DNA from: Faecousia sp.
Lineage (GTDB): Bacteria; Bacillota; Clostridia; Oscillospirales; Oscillospiraceae
Direction: 5' to 3'
DNA: 64,000 bases
NCBI GenBank assembly: GCA_045645385.1
Contig: JAZRIT010000062.1
Span: 25,088-89,087 of the forward strand
Shown here piece after piece: positions 38,077-47,439 of the stretch (the stretch's first letter is position 1; every line of letters begins with the position of its first letter). Both the position numbers and the translations under genes were made by a program. Under the pieces are notes generated by a model. It had not been told where the DNA came from. It saw nothing but the letters and a program-made list of their open reading frames with translations, and ran no database searches.

Positions 38077-40155
38077 ATGCTGGAACTTTTAGCGCCGGCC
38101 GGGTCGATGGAAGCCCTGCGGGCAGCGGTACAAAACGGCGCCAATGCGGTATATTTGGGCTGCGGGCAGTTCAATGCCCGGCAAAGCGCCAAGAATTTCA
38201 CCCCCCAGGCTCTGACCGAAGCCGTCAAATATTGCCATATCCGCGGCGTGGCCGTCCATCTGACCCTGAACACCCTGGTGTCCGACAAGGAGACAGATGC
38301 GGCTGCGGCGCTGATCCGCCATGCCGCCACCGCCGGTGTAGATGCCTTTATCGTGCAGGATTTCGGTATGGTGCAGCTTTGCAAACAGTTGGCACCCCAC
38401 ATCCCTCTCCACGGCTCTACGCAAATGACCGTCCACAGCCTCCCGGGCGTGCAGTTCTGCGCCGGATTAGGTATGACCCGGGTGGTCCTCAGCCGGGAGC
38501 TGAGCCGGGAGGAGATCCGTTACATCTGCGCCAACTCCCCCATTGAAATTGAGGTATTCGGCCACGGCGCGCTGTGTATGAGCTATTCCGGCCAGTGCTA
38601 TCTGTCCGCTGCCATCGGCGGCCGGTCCGGCAACCGGGGCCGCTGCGCCCAGCCCTGCCGGCAAAGCTACGGCTACGACCGCTGGGAGAACAAGCACCCC
38701 CTGAGCCTGAAGGACAACTGCACCGTGCAGTATGTGAAGGATCTGGAGGAGATGGGCGTTGCCTCGCTGAAGCTGGAGGGCCGTATGAAGCGGCCGGAGT
38801 ATGTGGCCGCGGTGACCCAGGTGTACCGCAGCGCCATCGACACCGGCTCCGTGACCCGGGGTATGCTGGAGCAGCTCTCTGCCGCCTTTAACCGGCAGGG
38901 CTTTACCGACTATTATTCCGGCAACTTAGGCCGGCATATGTTCGGCATCCGGGAGGATGCCGCCACCGACGAGCGCTGGTGCAAGCAGATGCGCCAGAGC
39001 TATGAGGCCGTGGAAAATCCCCGGGTGGCGGTGGAATTTGCCATCTCCGTCCGGCCCGACAGATCCGTTTTGGCAGTAAAGGACGAAAGCGGCCGGACCT
39101 GCAGCATCCCGGGTCCTGTCCCGGAACCTGCCCGGACCACATCCCTCACCCACGATGATGTGGCCGCCCGGCTCAGTAAGACCGGCGGCACGCCCTACTA
39201 CTGCACCCAGGTCCATTCGGACATCTCCCCCGGGCTGATGCTGCCCGCCGCGGCCATCAACGCCATGCGCCGGGATGTGCTGAATCTGCTCACCGCCCAG
39301 CGGGCTCGCCACGATACGCCCACCTTAGGCCGGGCATCCAAGGTACATCGTCACAGGGGGCTGTCCACCCCGCCGGCGCTGACCGTACAGGTCACCGCCC
39401 GGGAGCAGATCACCCCCAAGCTCCTGGCTATGCACCCGGAGGTGCTGTATGTACCCCTGCATATCCTCTGCGCCGACCCGGAATTCACCCGGGAGCTCAC
39501 CGGCCACTGCACGGTCTGCGCCGTTCTGCCCCGGGTGGTCCACGACGGAGAGCTTTCCAAGCTGCAGCAGGATCTGCGGGCTGTTAAGGCTATGGGTATC
39601 AGCGAAGCGCTCATCGGCAATGTAGGCCTATTGCTGCCCGTGCGGGAATGCGGCCTGCGCATAAGAGGCGATTTCGGACTGAATCTGTACAGCTCCGCGG
39701 CGGTGAATTTCGCCCGGGATCTGCTTTTTCGCTCCGCCTGCCTCAGCTTTGAGATGACCCTGCCCCAGATCCGGGATGTGAGCAAGGCCGTACCCTGCGA
39801 GCTTTTGGTCTACGGGCGGCTGCCCCTGATGCTCACGGAAAACTGCCTGATCCAGGGCCGGACCGGAAAATGCACCTGCCAAACTGCCACAGCCAAGCTG
39901 ACGGACAAGACCGGCGCGGAATTCCCCATTATCAAAGACGGCGACACCTGCCGCAGTGTGCTGCTCAACGGCAAGAAGCTCTACTGGCTGGACCGGCAGG
40001 CGGATATTGACCGGCTGGGCCTGTGGGCAAAGCGCCTGTATTTTACCACAGAAAATCCCAGGGAGGTGGACAGAGTCCTGTCTGCCTGCAAGAGCCCCGC
40101 TCCCTTTGATCCCGGCACAGCCACCCGGGGGTTGTACCTCAGAGGTGTGGAATAA
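38077..40155 (+). CDS. Long U32 family protein with DUF3656-like domain (RlhA-like RNA hydroxylase)
   Basis: ELLAPAG, HGSTQ, HGALCMSYSGQC, NRGRCAQPCR, LKLEGRMK. Confidence 0.85.
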   Translation: MLELLAPAGSMEALRAAVQNGANAVYLGCGQFNARQSAKNFTPQALTEAVKYCHIRGVAVHLTLNTLVSDKETDAAAALIRHAATAGVDAFIVQDFGMVQLCKQLAPHIPLHGSTQMTVHSLPGVQFCAGLGMTRVVLSRELSREEIRYICANSPIEIEVFGHGALCMSYSGQCYLSAAIGGRSGNRGRCAQPCRQSYGYDRWENKHPLSLKDNCTVQYVKDLEEMGVASLKLEGRMKRPEYVAAVTQVYRSAIDTGSVTRGMLEQLSAAFNRQGFTDYYSGNLGRHMFGIREDAATDERWCKQMRQSYEAVENPRVAVEFAISVRPDRSVLAVKDESGRTCSIPGPVPEPARTTSLTHDDVAARLSKTGGTPYYCTQVHSDISPGLMLPAAAINAMRRDVLNLLTAQRARHDTPTLGRASKVHRHRGLSTPPALTVQVTAREQITPKLLAMHPEVLYVPLHILCADPEFTRELTGHCTVCAVLPRVVHDGELSKLQQDLRAVKAMGISEALIGNVGLLLPVRECGLRIRGDFGLNLYSSAAVNFARDLLFRSACLSFEMTLPQIRDVSKAVPCELLVYGRLPLMLTENCLIQGRTGKCTCQTATAKLTDKTGAEFPIIKDGDTCRSVLLNGKKLYWLDRQADIDRLGLWAKRLYFTTENPREVDRVLSACKSPAPFDPGTATRGLYLRGVE

Positions 40156-40157
40156 TA

Positions 40158-40233
40158 TGTAGGGGCGACCATTTGTCGTCCGTATATAACAACATATCCC
40201 TGCACCGGCGGACGAGCAATGCTCGCCCCTACA
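40158..40233. repeat. REPIN (24-26-24), reverse orientation
   Basis: GTAGGGGCGACCATTTGTCGTCCG ... CGGACGAGCAATGCTCGCCCCTAC. Confidence 0.85.
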
Positions 40234-40254
40234 AAAGCACGCAAGGAGCTTACT

Positions 40255-40848
40255 ATGCAACTGATTTTGGCATCCCAGTCCCCACGGCGGAAGGAGCTGC
40301 TAGGCCTGTTCGGCATTCCCTTTGCCGTGCAAGTGGCCGATATTGACGAAACCATAGACCCCGCCCGTCCCCCTTATGCGGAGGTGGCTCGGGTCAGCCG
40401 GCTGAAGGCCGAGGCCATACCCCGAAGCGATGGCGATGTGATCATCGCCGCCGATACCATTGTGGTATGCGACGGCAAGATCTTAGGCAAGCCTGCAGAC
40501 GAGGCAGACGCCTTCCGTATGCTGCGCCTGCTCTCCGGCAAGCGCCACCAGGTGATGACAGGCCTGACCGTCCTGCGGGACGATGCCACCACGGTTTGCA
40601 CCGAGGTGACGGACATTCACTTCCGCGCCCTTTCCGACTGGGAGATCGCAGCCTATATCCGCACCGGCGAGCCTATGGACAAGGCCGGCAGCTACGGCAT
40701 CCAGGGCGGCGCTGCCCTGTTCGCAGAGCGAATCGAGGGCGACTACTTCAATGTAGTGGGTCTGCCGGTATGCCGTCTGGGACAGATTCTGAAAGAAATG
40801 GCCCCGGAACTTATGGGGAGCGAGGGGCGCGCTGCCGGTGGCAGATAA
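40255..40848 (+). CDS. maf: Maf nucleoside triphosphate pyrophosphatase
   Basis: LASQSPRRKELL, ADTIV, GKP, DKAGSYGIQ, NVVGLP. Confidence 0.95.
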   Translation: MQLILASQSPRRKELLGLFGIPFAVQVADIDETIDPARPPYAEVARVSRLKAEAIPRSDGDVIIAADTIVVCDGKILGKPADEADAFRMLRLLSGKRHQVMTGLTVLRDDATTVCTEVTDIHFRALSDWEIAAYIRTGEPMDKAGSYGIQGGAALFAERIEGDYFNVVGLPVCRLGQILKEMAPELMGSEGRAAGGR

Positions 40849-40999
40849 AGCGACCTGAGCGAGTGGCAGCGGTCGGCAGATGACGCAGCCGTATTGACGG
40901 CAAGGAATATGCCGGGTACCGCAACAGGCATCCTTGTAATTCACTTAAAGTCACAATTTATACTGCTATACAACATCAGATTCTGATGGAGGAAAACCT

Positions 41000-41830
41000 A
41001 TGAAACACTTTTTTACAAGCCGGGTGCGGGTGGTCCTGGTGATCGCCGTGCTGCTGGCTGTGCTGCTGGCTGTGGTCAGCTCTCTGACCGGTCTGACCCT
41101 GCCCCAAACGGTGGTGCAGGGCGTGCTGACCCCCTTCCGGGCCGGTGTGTCCAAGCTGGTGGACAAATCCCAGCAGCTGTATGATTATATTTTCAGCTAT
41201 GAGTCCCTGAAAGCGGAAAACGAGGTGCTCAAGGAGCAGCTGGCCGCCATTGAGGACGAGGCCCGGGATGCCTACGCCACCAAGCAGGAGAATGAGCGCC
41301 TGCGGGCCGCCCTGGAGTTGGTGAACACCAACGAAGACTACAAATTGGTGGACGCCTACATCATCTCCACCAGCTCCGCCGACTGGAGCAACACCTTTAC
41401 CATCAACCGGGGCTCCAATGTGGGCATTGAGGTAGGTATGTGCGCGATCACTGCCTACGGTGAGCTGGCAGGCCTGGTCAGCGAGGTGGGTGTCAACTAC
41501 GCGGTGGTCAAATCCGTGCGGGACTCCTCCCTGGAGATCAGCGCCACCATCGCAGCCTCCGGCCACACCGGAATGGTACAGGGCGGCTATGCCTCCGGTT
41601 TGGACAGCCTGCTGCGTATGAACTACCTACCCTCCTCCGCCACCATCCGCAACCACGACCAGGTGGTCACCACCGGCTCGACGGTCTACCCCCGCAACCT
41701 GGTGCTGGGCCACGTGGTGGATGCCGGCTTTGACGATACCGGCGTTGCCAAATACGCCCTGCTGCAGCCGGCCGCCGATGTGCGCAGCCTGGAGCAGGTC
41801 TTTATCGTAACCGAGTACAACAACGGGTGA
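41000..41830 (+). CDS. mreC: Rod shape-determining protein MreC
   Basis: TM plus coiled coil (ENERLR), INRGS, VVTTG..YP. Confidence 0.9.
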   Translation: MKHFFTSRVRVVLVIAVLLAVLLAVVSSLTGLTLPQTVVQGVLTPFRAGVSKLVDKSQQLYDYIFSYESLKAENEVLKEQLAAIEDEARDAYATKQENERLRAALELVNTNEDYKLVDAYIISTSSADWSNTFTINRGSNVGIEVGMCAITAYGELAGLVSEVGVNYAVVKSVRDSSLEISATIAASGHTGMVQGGYASGLDSLLRMNYLPSSATIRNHDQVVTTGSTVYPRNLVLGHVVDAGFDDTGVAKYALLQPAADVRSLEQVFIVTEYNNG

Positions 41831-41836
41831 TATGCC

Positions 41837-42415
41837 ATGGCAAAGAAACAAGATTTCCGGCCGGACAAGCCCACGACTTCCCTTTTGAGCCATCTGATCC
41901 TGACCAAAAATCAGCAGAAGACCCTGCTCAAATGGGTGTTCTACGCGCTGCTGCTGGTGCTTCTTTCGGTGGTGCAGGATGTGCTTTTAAGTCAGGTGCG
42001 ACTGTTTGGGGCGACCACGGAGCTGGTGCCCTGCGCCATTTTCCTAATCTGCATTTTGGAAGGCACCCACACCGGCAGCGTGTTTGCCCTGGTCGCCGGC
42101 CTGCTGTACCTGTTTTCCGGCACGGCCCCGGGGCCCTACTCTATGGTGGCCATCACCTTCTATAGCGTTGGCGCGTGCATCTTCCGGCAGGCCTATCTGC
42201 AGGAGAGCTTCTCCTCTGCCTACCTTTGCACCGCTATGGCAATGACCCTATATGTGCTGACCAATTTCCTGTTCGGTCTGTTTTTGGGACTGACACCCCT
42301 GTCCCGGATCTTCGGCTTTTTGGTCACGGCGGTACTGACCCTGCTGACCGTACCCGTTCTGTATCCTGTTTTGAAGGCCATCGGCGCCTTTGGAGGCTAT
42401 CAATGGAAAGAATGA
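41837..42415 (+). CDS. mreD: MreD-like membrane protein
   Basis: Hydrophobic ~190 aa ORF between mreC and the PBP gene. Confidence 0.7.
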   Translation: MAKKQDFRPDKPTTSLLSHLILTKNQQKTLLKWVFYALLLVLLSVVQDVLLSQVRLFGATTELVPCAIFLICILEGTHTGSVFALVAGLLYLFSGTAPGPYSMVAITFYSVGACIFRQAYLQESFSSAYLCTAMAMTLYVLTNFLFGLFLGLTPLSRIFGFLVTAVLTLLTVPVLYPVLKAIGAFGGYQWKE

Positions 42416-44490
42416 GCAAAACCCGCGCCCTCATTATTCTGCTGTTTTTTGCGGTAGTGCTGGGCTTCTTCCTGCTGAAGCTCTACGATCTGCAGATCAT
42501 AGAGACCGGCGGCGTTACCAACAACCAAACCACCTTTACCACCCTCACCCGCGTCAAAGCGGCCCGGGGCGATATTCTGGATAAAAACGGCAACCTGCTG
42601 GTGAGCAACCGGGCCAGCTATGACCTGGTCATCAACCACTATGTGCTGCTCAACGCCAGCGGCACCAACGATAATCTTTTGCGGCTGGTGAAGCGGTGCG
42701 ACGAGGCCGGTATCGAATACACCGAGCATTTCCCTGTATCCAAGGAGCGGCCCTTCACCTATACCTTAGACCAGCAAAATGCCATCTGGCAGGGACATTT
42801 CCAGACCTACCTGGAGTTTATGAAGGGCTTGGATTCCGATATTACCGCGCCCCTGCTGATTCAAAAGCTCCGGGAAAAATACAACCTGCCCACCGAGTGG
42901 ACTGACGACGAGGCCCGGAAGGTCATCGGCATTCTGTATGAAATGTCCCTGCGCAAATGCGTGGGCAGCCTGCCCACCTTTGTGTTTATCGAGGACGCCG
43001 ACGATGCGGAGCTTTCCGCCGTGGTGGAGCTGAACATCCCCGGTATGAAGGTGGAAGCCTCCACCGTCCGGGAGTACAACACCAAATATGCCGCCCACAT
43101 CTTAGGCTATGTGGGTGCGATGAATGCCGATCAGTGGGAGTATTATCAGACCATCCCCGGCTATGATATGGATGCCCACGTGGGACAGGACGGCCTGGAG
43201 GCCGCCTATGAGGAGTACCTCCACGGCGTGGACGGCTGGCGGGAGGATACCGTCACCACCGACGGCACGCTGGTGTCCTCCAAATACTGGTCCGAGCCCA
43301 AGGCCGGCTCCAATGTAGAGGTCTCCATCGACCTGAATATGCAGATGGCCGGCGAGGACCAGATGGCCAAGGTCATCGAGGATCTCAAGAAGCCCGACGA
43401 AAACGGAAAACAGAAGGACGGCCACGATGTGGAGGGCGGCGCGTTTGTTGCTATGGATGTGAAGACCGGCCAGATCTTAGCCTGCGCCAGCTATCCCAGC
43501 TATGACCTGTCCACCTTCTTTGAAAATTACGAAGAGCTGTCCAGGGATATGCTCAAGCCCCTGTATAACCGGGCGCTCCTTGCCACCTATCCCCCCGGCT
43601 CCACCTACAAAATGAATATGGTGGTGGCCGCGATGGAAGCCAAGCTCATCGACTCCAAGACCACCATTATCGACCGTGGTGTGTACGATAAGATCCCCGG
43701 CTGGGAGGTATCCTGCCTGCAATGGACCAACTACGGCGGCACCCACGGCGCGGTCAATGCCGCCGAGGCGCTGATGGTATCCTGCAACTACTTCTTCTAT
43801 GATGTGGGCGCCAAGCTGTCCGTACAGGCTATGGACGCCACCGCCAAGGGCCTGGGTCTGGGCGAGCGCACCGGCGTGGAGCTGCCGGAGTACGTCGGCC
43901 ACCGGGCTAATCCGGAGACCAAGGCAGAGCTGCACACCGGCGACGATAAGCGGTGGTACACCGGTGACTCTATCCTTGCCGCCATCGGCCAGTCGGAACA
44001 CCGTTACACCCCCATTCAGCTTTGCTCCTACACCTCCGCCCTGGCCAACAAGGGCAACCGCTACAAGGCAACCTTTATGAACCGGGTGGTGTCCGCCGAT
44101 TACCGGCAGCTGCTGGAGGAGAATAAGCCGGAGCTATTAAGCCACCTGGACATCTCCGACGAGACCTACGCCGCCTATTCCGAAGGTATGTATATGGTCA
44201 CCCAGGAAAATGACCGTTTCTGGGGTACTGCCTACTCCACCTTCCACGATTATCCCGTGAAGGTGGCCGCCAAGACCGGCACCGCGGAAACCGGCATCCA
44301 CGGCACCTCCGACAACGGCGCGTTCGTGTGCTACGCCCCCCTGGAAGATCCCCAGATCGCCATCGCAGTGTATGTGGAAAAGGGCGGCCACGGCTCGACC
44401 CTGGCCTCCATCGCCAAGCATATGCTGGATGTGTACTTCGATGTGGACGAGGTGGGCGATGTGGTCTCCTTTGAAAACCAACTAAGCTAA
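42403..44490 (+). CDS. mrdA: Class B penicillin-binding protein (PBP2)
   Basis: ARGDILD, PGSTYK (SxxK), SCN (SxN), KTGTA; start ATG 42403 after GGAGG. Confidence 0.88.
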   Translation: MERMSKTRALIILLFFAVVLGFFLLKLYDLQIIETGGVTNNQTTFTTLTRVKAARGDILDKNGNLLVSNRASYDLVINHYVLLNASGTNDNLLRLVKRCDEAGIEYTEHFPVSKERPFTYTLDQQNAIWQGHFQTYLEFMKGLDSDITAPLLIQKLREKYNLPTEWTDDEARKVIGILYEMSLRKCVGSLPTFVFIEDADDAELSAVVELNIPGMKVEASTVREYNTKYAAHILGYVGAMNADQWEYYQTIPGYDMDAHVGQDGLEAAYEEYLHGVDGWREDTVTTDGTLVSSKYWSEPKAGSNVEVSIDLNMQMAGEDQMAKVIEDLKKPDENGKQKDGHDVEGGAFVAMDVKTGQILACASYPSYDLSTFFENYEELSRDMLKPLYNRALLATYPPGSTYKMNMVVAAMEAKLIDSKTTIIDRGVYDKIPGWEVSCLQWTNYGGTHGAVNAAEALMVSCNYFFYDVGAKLSVQAMDATAKGLGLGERTGVELPEYVGHRANPETKAELHTGDDKRWYTGDSILAAIGQSEHRYTPIQLCSYTSALANKGNRYKATFMNRVVSADYRQLLEENKPELLSHLDISDETYAAYSEGMYMVTQENDRFWGTAYSTFHDYPVKVAAKTGTAETGIHGTSDNGAFVCYAPLEDPQIAIAVYVEKGGHGSTLASIAKHMLDVYFDVDEVGDVVSFENQLS

Positions 44491-44553
44491 CAAAAAGGCA
44501 GCTGTGCAATGCACAGCTGCCTTTTTAAGGCCCCCTTGTGTAAAGGGAGGCTA

Positions 44554-45090
44554 TCAAAAAAAGAACAGTGAATACCAGGTGACGATATTTTCACCGTATT
44601 GGAACTCCAGGCCGTTTTCCTCCAGAGTGGGGATCAGGTTGATGCCGTGGCTCTCCACGCAGGGGTGCATCCGGTCGGAATGCCGGCAGGGCTGACCGTC
44701 CAGCCAGGCGCACCGGTCACATACGGCGCAGGCCTCGGTGGACAGGATGTACGGCTCTACCCCCTGGGCCCGGAACATCTCCCTTACCTGGCCGGTGATC
44801 TCCTCGTGGGCCGGGCGGGTGGCAAGGGCCTCTTCTATATCGGCGATGTCAGCCACCTCGGTGATCGTGCCGACCATTAGGCAGTTTTCATGCTGCAGAC
44901 AGCGTTTTTTACATTCCGCCACCTCGCCCACTGCCGGCGGGCAGGCCCAGGTCTTGTTGCACATAGGGCATTCAGATGCGCAGATATAGCGAATCCGCTC
45001 GGAAAATTCCAGTGATTTCGGATCGATATAGCCGTAGAAGTACAACGGCAGTTCCGCTAGCTGCGCCTCCAATTTCACAAGGTCCATCAT
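44554..45090 (-). CDS. DUF2284-like Cys-rich metal-binding protein
   Basis: C..CPM..WACPP, CAVCDRC, PCR..PCVESHGI. Confidence 0.78.
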   Translation of the reverse strand: MMDLVKLEAQLAELPLYFYGYIDPKSLEFSERIRYICASECPMCNKTWACPPAVGEVAECKKRCLQHENCLMVGTITEVADIADIEEALATRPAHEEITGQVREMFRAQGVEPYILSTEACAVCDRCAWLDGQPCRHSDRMHPCVESHGINLIPTLEENGLEFQYGENIVTWYSLFFF

Positions 45091-45515
45091 TTCAGCTCCT
45101 CCAAAATCCTTTCGCAGCCCTCACAGATATCCGCCCAGGTCTGGGTGAAATCCCCGGAGTACCAAGGGTCGGCCACGTCCCGGTCCAAAAAGGGCAGGAA
45201 GCGGTCAAAACCCGGGAACATCTGCCCCAAATACCGGCGGTTGCGGCTGTCCATATAGTAGATGCGATCGTAGCTTTCCAAATCGGCGGCGGTGATCTGC
45301 CGGGCGAATTTACCGTCGCAGGTCAGACCGTGGCGGGCAAGCTCCCGCCGGGCCGGGGGATACACGGGATTGCCCAGCTCCTCCCGGCTGGTAGCCGCCG
45401 AGGCAATGGTGAACTGCTCAGAAAGCCCCGCCTTCTTCACCAGATCCTTCATCACAAACTCCGCCATAGGACTTCTGCAAATATTGCCGTGGCAGACGAA
45501 TAGTATTTTTCTCAT
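45087..45515 (-). CDS. Low-molecular-weight protein-tyrosine phosphatase
   Basis: FVCHGNICRSPMAE P-loop, DPWY. Confidence 0.93.
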   Translation of the reverse strand: MRKILFVCHGNICRSPMAEFVMKDLVKKAGLSEQFTIASAATSREELGNPVYPPARRELARHGLTCDGKFARQITAADLESYDRIYYMDSRNRRYLGQMFPGFDRFLPFLDRDVADPWYSGDFTQTWADICEGCERILEELK

Positions 45516-45605
45516 AAAAATCTCCCAACCTACAATGTCATTGCGAGGCGGTGCGCACACCGGCGTGGCAATCTCCTGCAATCAGGGGTATTATAGCACA
45601 GCTTG

Positions 45606-45676
45606 CGGCGGGAGTAAACCCCCGTCCTACGGCAACCACCGACAGGTGTTTGTAGGGCGGGGGTTTACTCCCGCCG
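45606..45676. repeat. Inverted pair of GTAG-type REPs (GTAG ends facing inward)
   Basis: CGGCGGGAGTAAACCCCCGTCCTAC ... GTAGGGCGGGGGTTTACTCCCGCCG; single relatives near 20351 and 28184. Confidence 0.75.
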
Positions 45677-45890
45677 CCTGCTCATCCCGTCGGCAAGAGT
45701 TTCGTATCTAACATAGAAGCCGAAAAACTCTACTTTTATTGTAGGCGAAAACCGAGATTTGGGAGGGATGCAGAGAATGGGGGATGTCTCACATTCTGTT
45801 ACGCAAATCACAAACTGAGATATTGCTTGTGCAATAATTTTTGTATATATTGTAGTTGTAGCTACAAAATAAATCTTTGGAGGTATTTAT

Positions 45891-46922
45891 ATGCATTTTG
45901 ATTTTGGCGAAAACATAAAGAATCTTAGAAAGCAAAAAAACCTCACGCAAGAACAGGTCGCAGAACTGTTGGATGTTTCAAAACAATCGGTAAGCAGATG
46001 GGAAAACAATGCCACCTATCCAGACATTACTTTTTTGCCTATCCTTGCCTCTTTCTACGATGTTACTGTCGATTTTTTGCTGGGTGCAGATTACGAAACC
46101 AACAAATCCATCATAAATGGATATAACGAAAGCCGACAGGAAGCACACCATCAAGGCAATATCGCTGATGCCTACAGTTTGTCGCAAAAAATATATGCTT
46201 CCTTTCCGAACCACAAATCCGTTATAAACAATATGATGGTTGATTCTTACCTCATGGGATTCCACAATGTAGATAACAAGAGAGAATATTATCTCGAATT
46301 GTCCATCTCTATTGCGGAACGCTTTTTGAAAATGACGGATGATTTGGAAGAGCAGTGTCGCTGCATAAAAAACATTTCCGTATGCCACAAGCTGTTAGGA
46401 AACCAGGAGCGGGCAGTTGATTGGATGAAAAAACTACCAAGCATTTGGTCTGGTATTGAAACAGTTTCTTTGGCCGTTTCAGAAGGCAAGGACAAAACAG
46501 ATTCCATTCAATGCAGTTTGGATGCGGTTTTGCATTTATTGCATCGTCTGATATTTGTTTATGCCACAGAGAGCGGATTGTCAAAGCAAGACCGCATAAA
46601 ATCATTAGAAAAGCTGCCTCACATTTTTGAAATCATTTTTGAGGATAGCGATTATGGATTCTATCATGTTTTTCTTTCCCGCGTGTTTGTGGAGTTAGCA
46701 AAGCTAAGTGCTGAAAACCGAGAGCAAGCTGTTATTTATGCAAAAAAAGCGGTTGAGCACGCCAAGCAATATGACCATTTACACGCCGAGGAGCATACTT
46801 CCCTACTCTTTAGGGGGCAAAGCATTTCTCCTAAGGACCATACAAAAGCTAATAGCCAAACACAAACAGAACGAGTGGCAGCACAGCTTCCGAGTGAAAT
46901 TTATGAAGCTGCCTTAAAATGA
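45891..46922 (+). CDS. XRE-family HTH regulator with long helical C-terminal domain
   Basis: LTQEQVAELLDVSKQSVSRWE..YPDI..VTVDFLLG; visibly AT-richer than its flanks. Confidence 0.85.
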   Translation: MHFDFGENIKNLRKQKNLTQEQVAELLDVSKQSVSRWENNATYPDITFLPILASFYDVTVDFLLGADYETNKSIINGYNESRQEAHHQGNIADAYSLSQKIYASFPNHKSVINNMMVDSYLMGFHNVDNKREYYLELSISIAERFLKMTDDLEEQCRCIKNISVCHKLLGNQERAVDWMKKLPSIWSGIETVSLAVSEGKDKTDSIQCSLDAVLHLLHRLIFVYATESGLSKQDRIKSLEKLPHIFEIIFEDSDYGFYHVFLSRVFVELAKLSAENREQAVIYAKKAVEHAKQYDHLHAEEHTSLLFRGQSISPKDHTKANSQTQTERVAAQLPSEIYEAALK

Positions 46923-47087
46923 CCCTATAAAAAGCACCCGCCGACCTGATGGTCGGCGGCTGTTATTTTCGTCATGTTGGGGGCAAAATGTGGTTATTTT
47001 GAAAAGTAGTATACGAGTAGTACAAAAGGGGCAAACCCGTTGCAAAGGGCGGTATAGCCTTGCATAGCTTGGTATGCCGTTCCTGGC

Positions 47088-47126
47088 TTAAATCTTGCCA
47101 TGGCAGACGAACAAAATCTTTTTCAT
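47088..47126 (-). pseudogene. Truncated 5' end of the LMW-PTP gene (MKKILFVCHGKI*)
   Basis: Matches MRKILFVCHG of 45087..45515, then diverges and stops; has its own GGAG RBS and -10 box. Confidence 0.8.
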
Positions 47127-47439
47127 AGAAATCTCCCAACCTACAATGTCATTGCGAAACCAGTCCGCAGACTGGTTGTGGCAATCTCACACATAATGCT
47201 TTCACTGGGGATATTATAGCACGCATTGCGGTATATTGCAACTTGACAAACAGACGCGCAATCCTCGCCCCTGCAGATAGGCATCGGTGTTCTTTAGGGG
47301 TGGATGCCCACACCCGCCCTAACACTGAGATTCTGAAGAGCAGCAGAAATTCTTGATTTCTATGAACTATCGGTATATAATTTAAAAAACAGTTTGCCAA
47401 GCTTGAATCTATGATGAAACGCGGAAAGGAGTCATCCAA

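Larger units (their letters stand above)
45484..47111. mobile_element. Integrase-less genomic islet bounded by att-like direct repeats in the LMW-PTP 5' end
   Basis: TTGCC(G/A)TGGCAGACGAA at 45484 and 47095; truncated PTP start at 47126; AT-rich cargo gene; tandem AGTAGTA repeats near one end. Confidence 0.65.

Noticed and set aside
26014-40233. REPINs as CRISPR mini-arrays (24-nt arms, 26-nt spacer)
   Set aside because: The arms are inverted rather than direct, and the copies are dispersed singletons.
45680-47090. Signalling-peptide ORF for the XRE regulator
   Set aside because: The short ORFs found (e.g. MLDTKLLPTG, MLGAKCGYFEK) lack an RBS and signal-peptide character.
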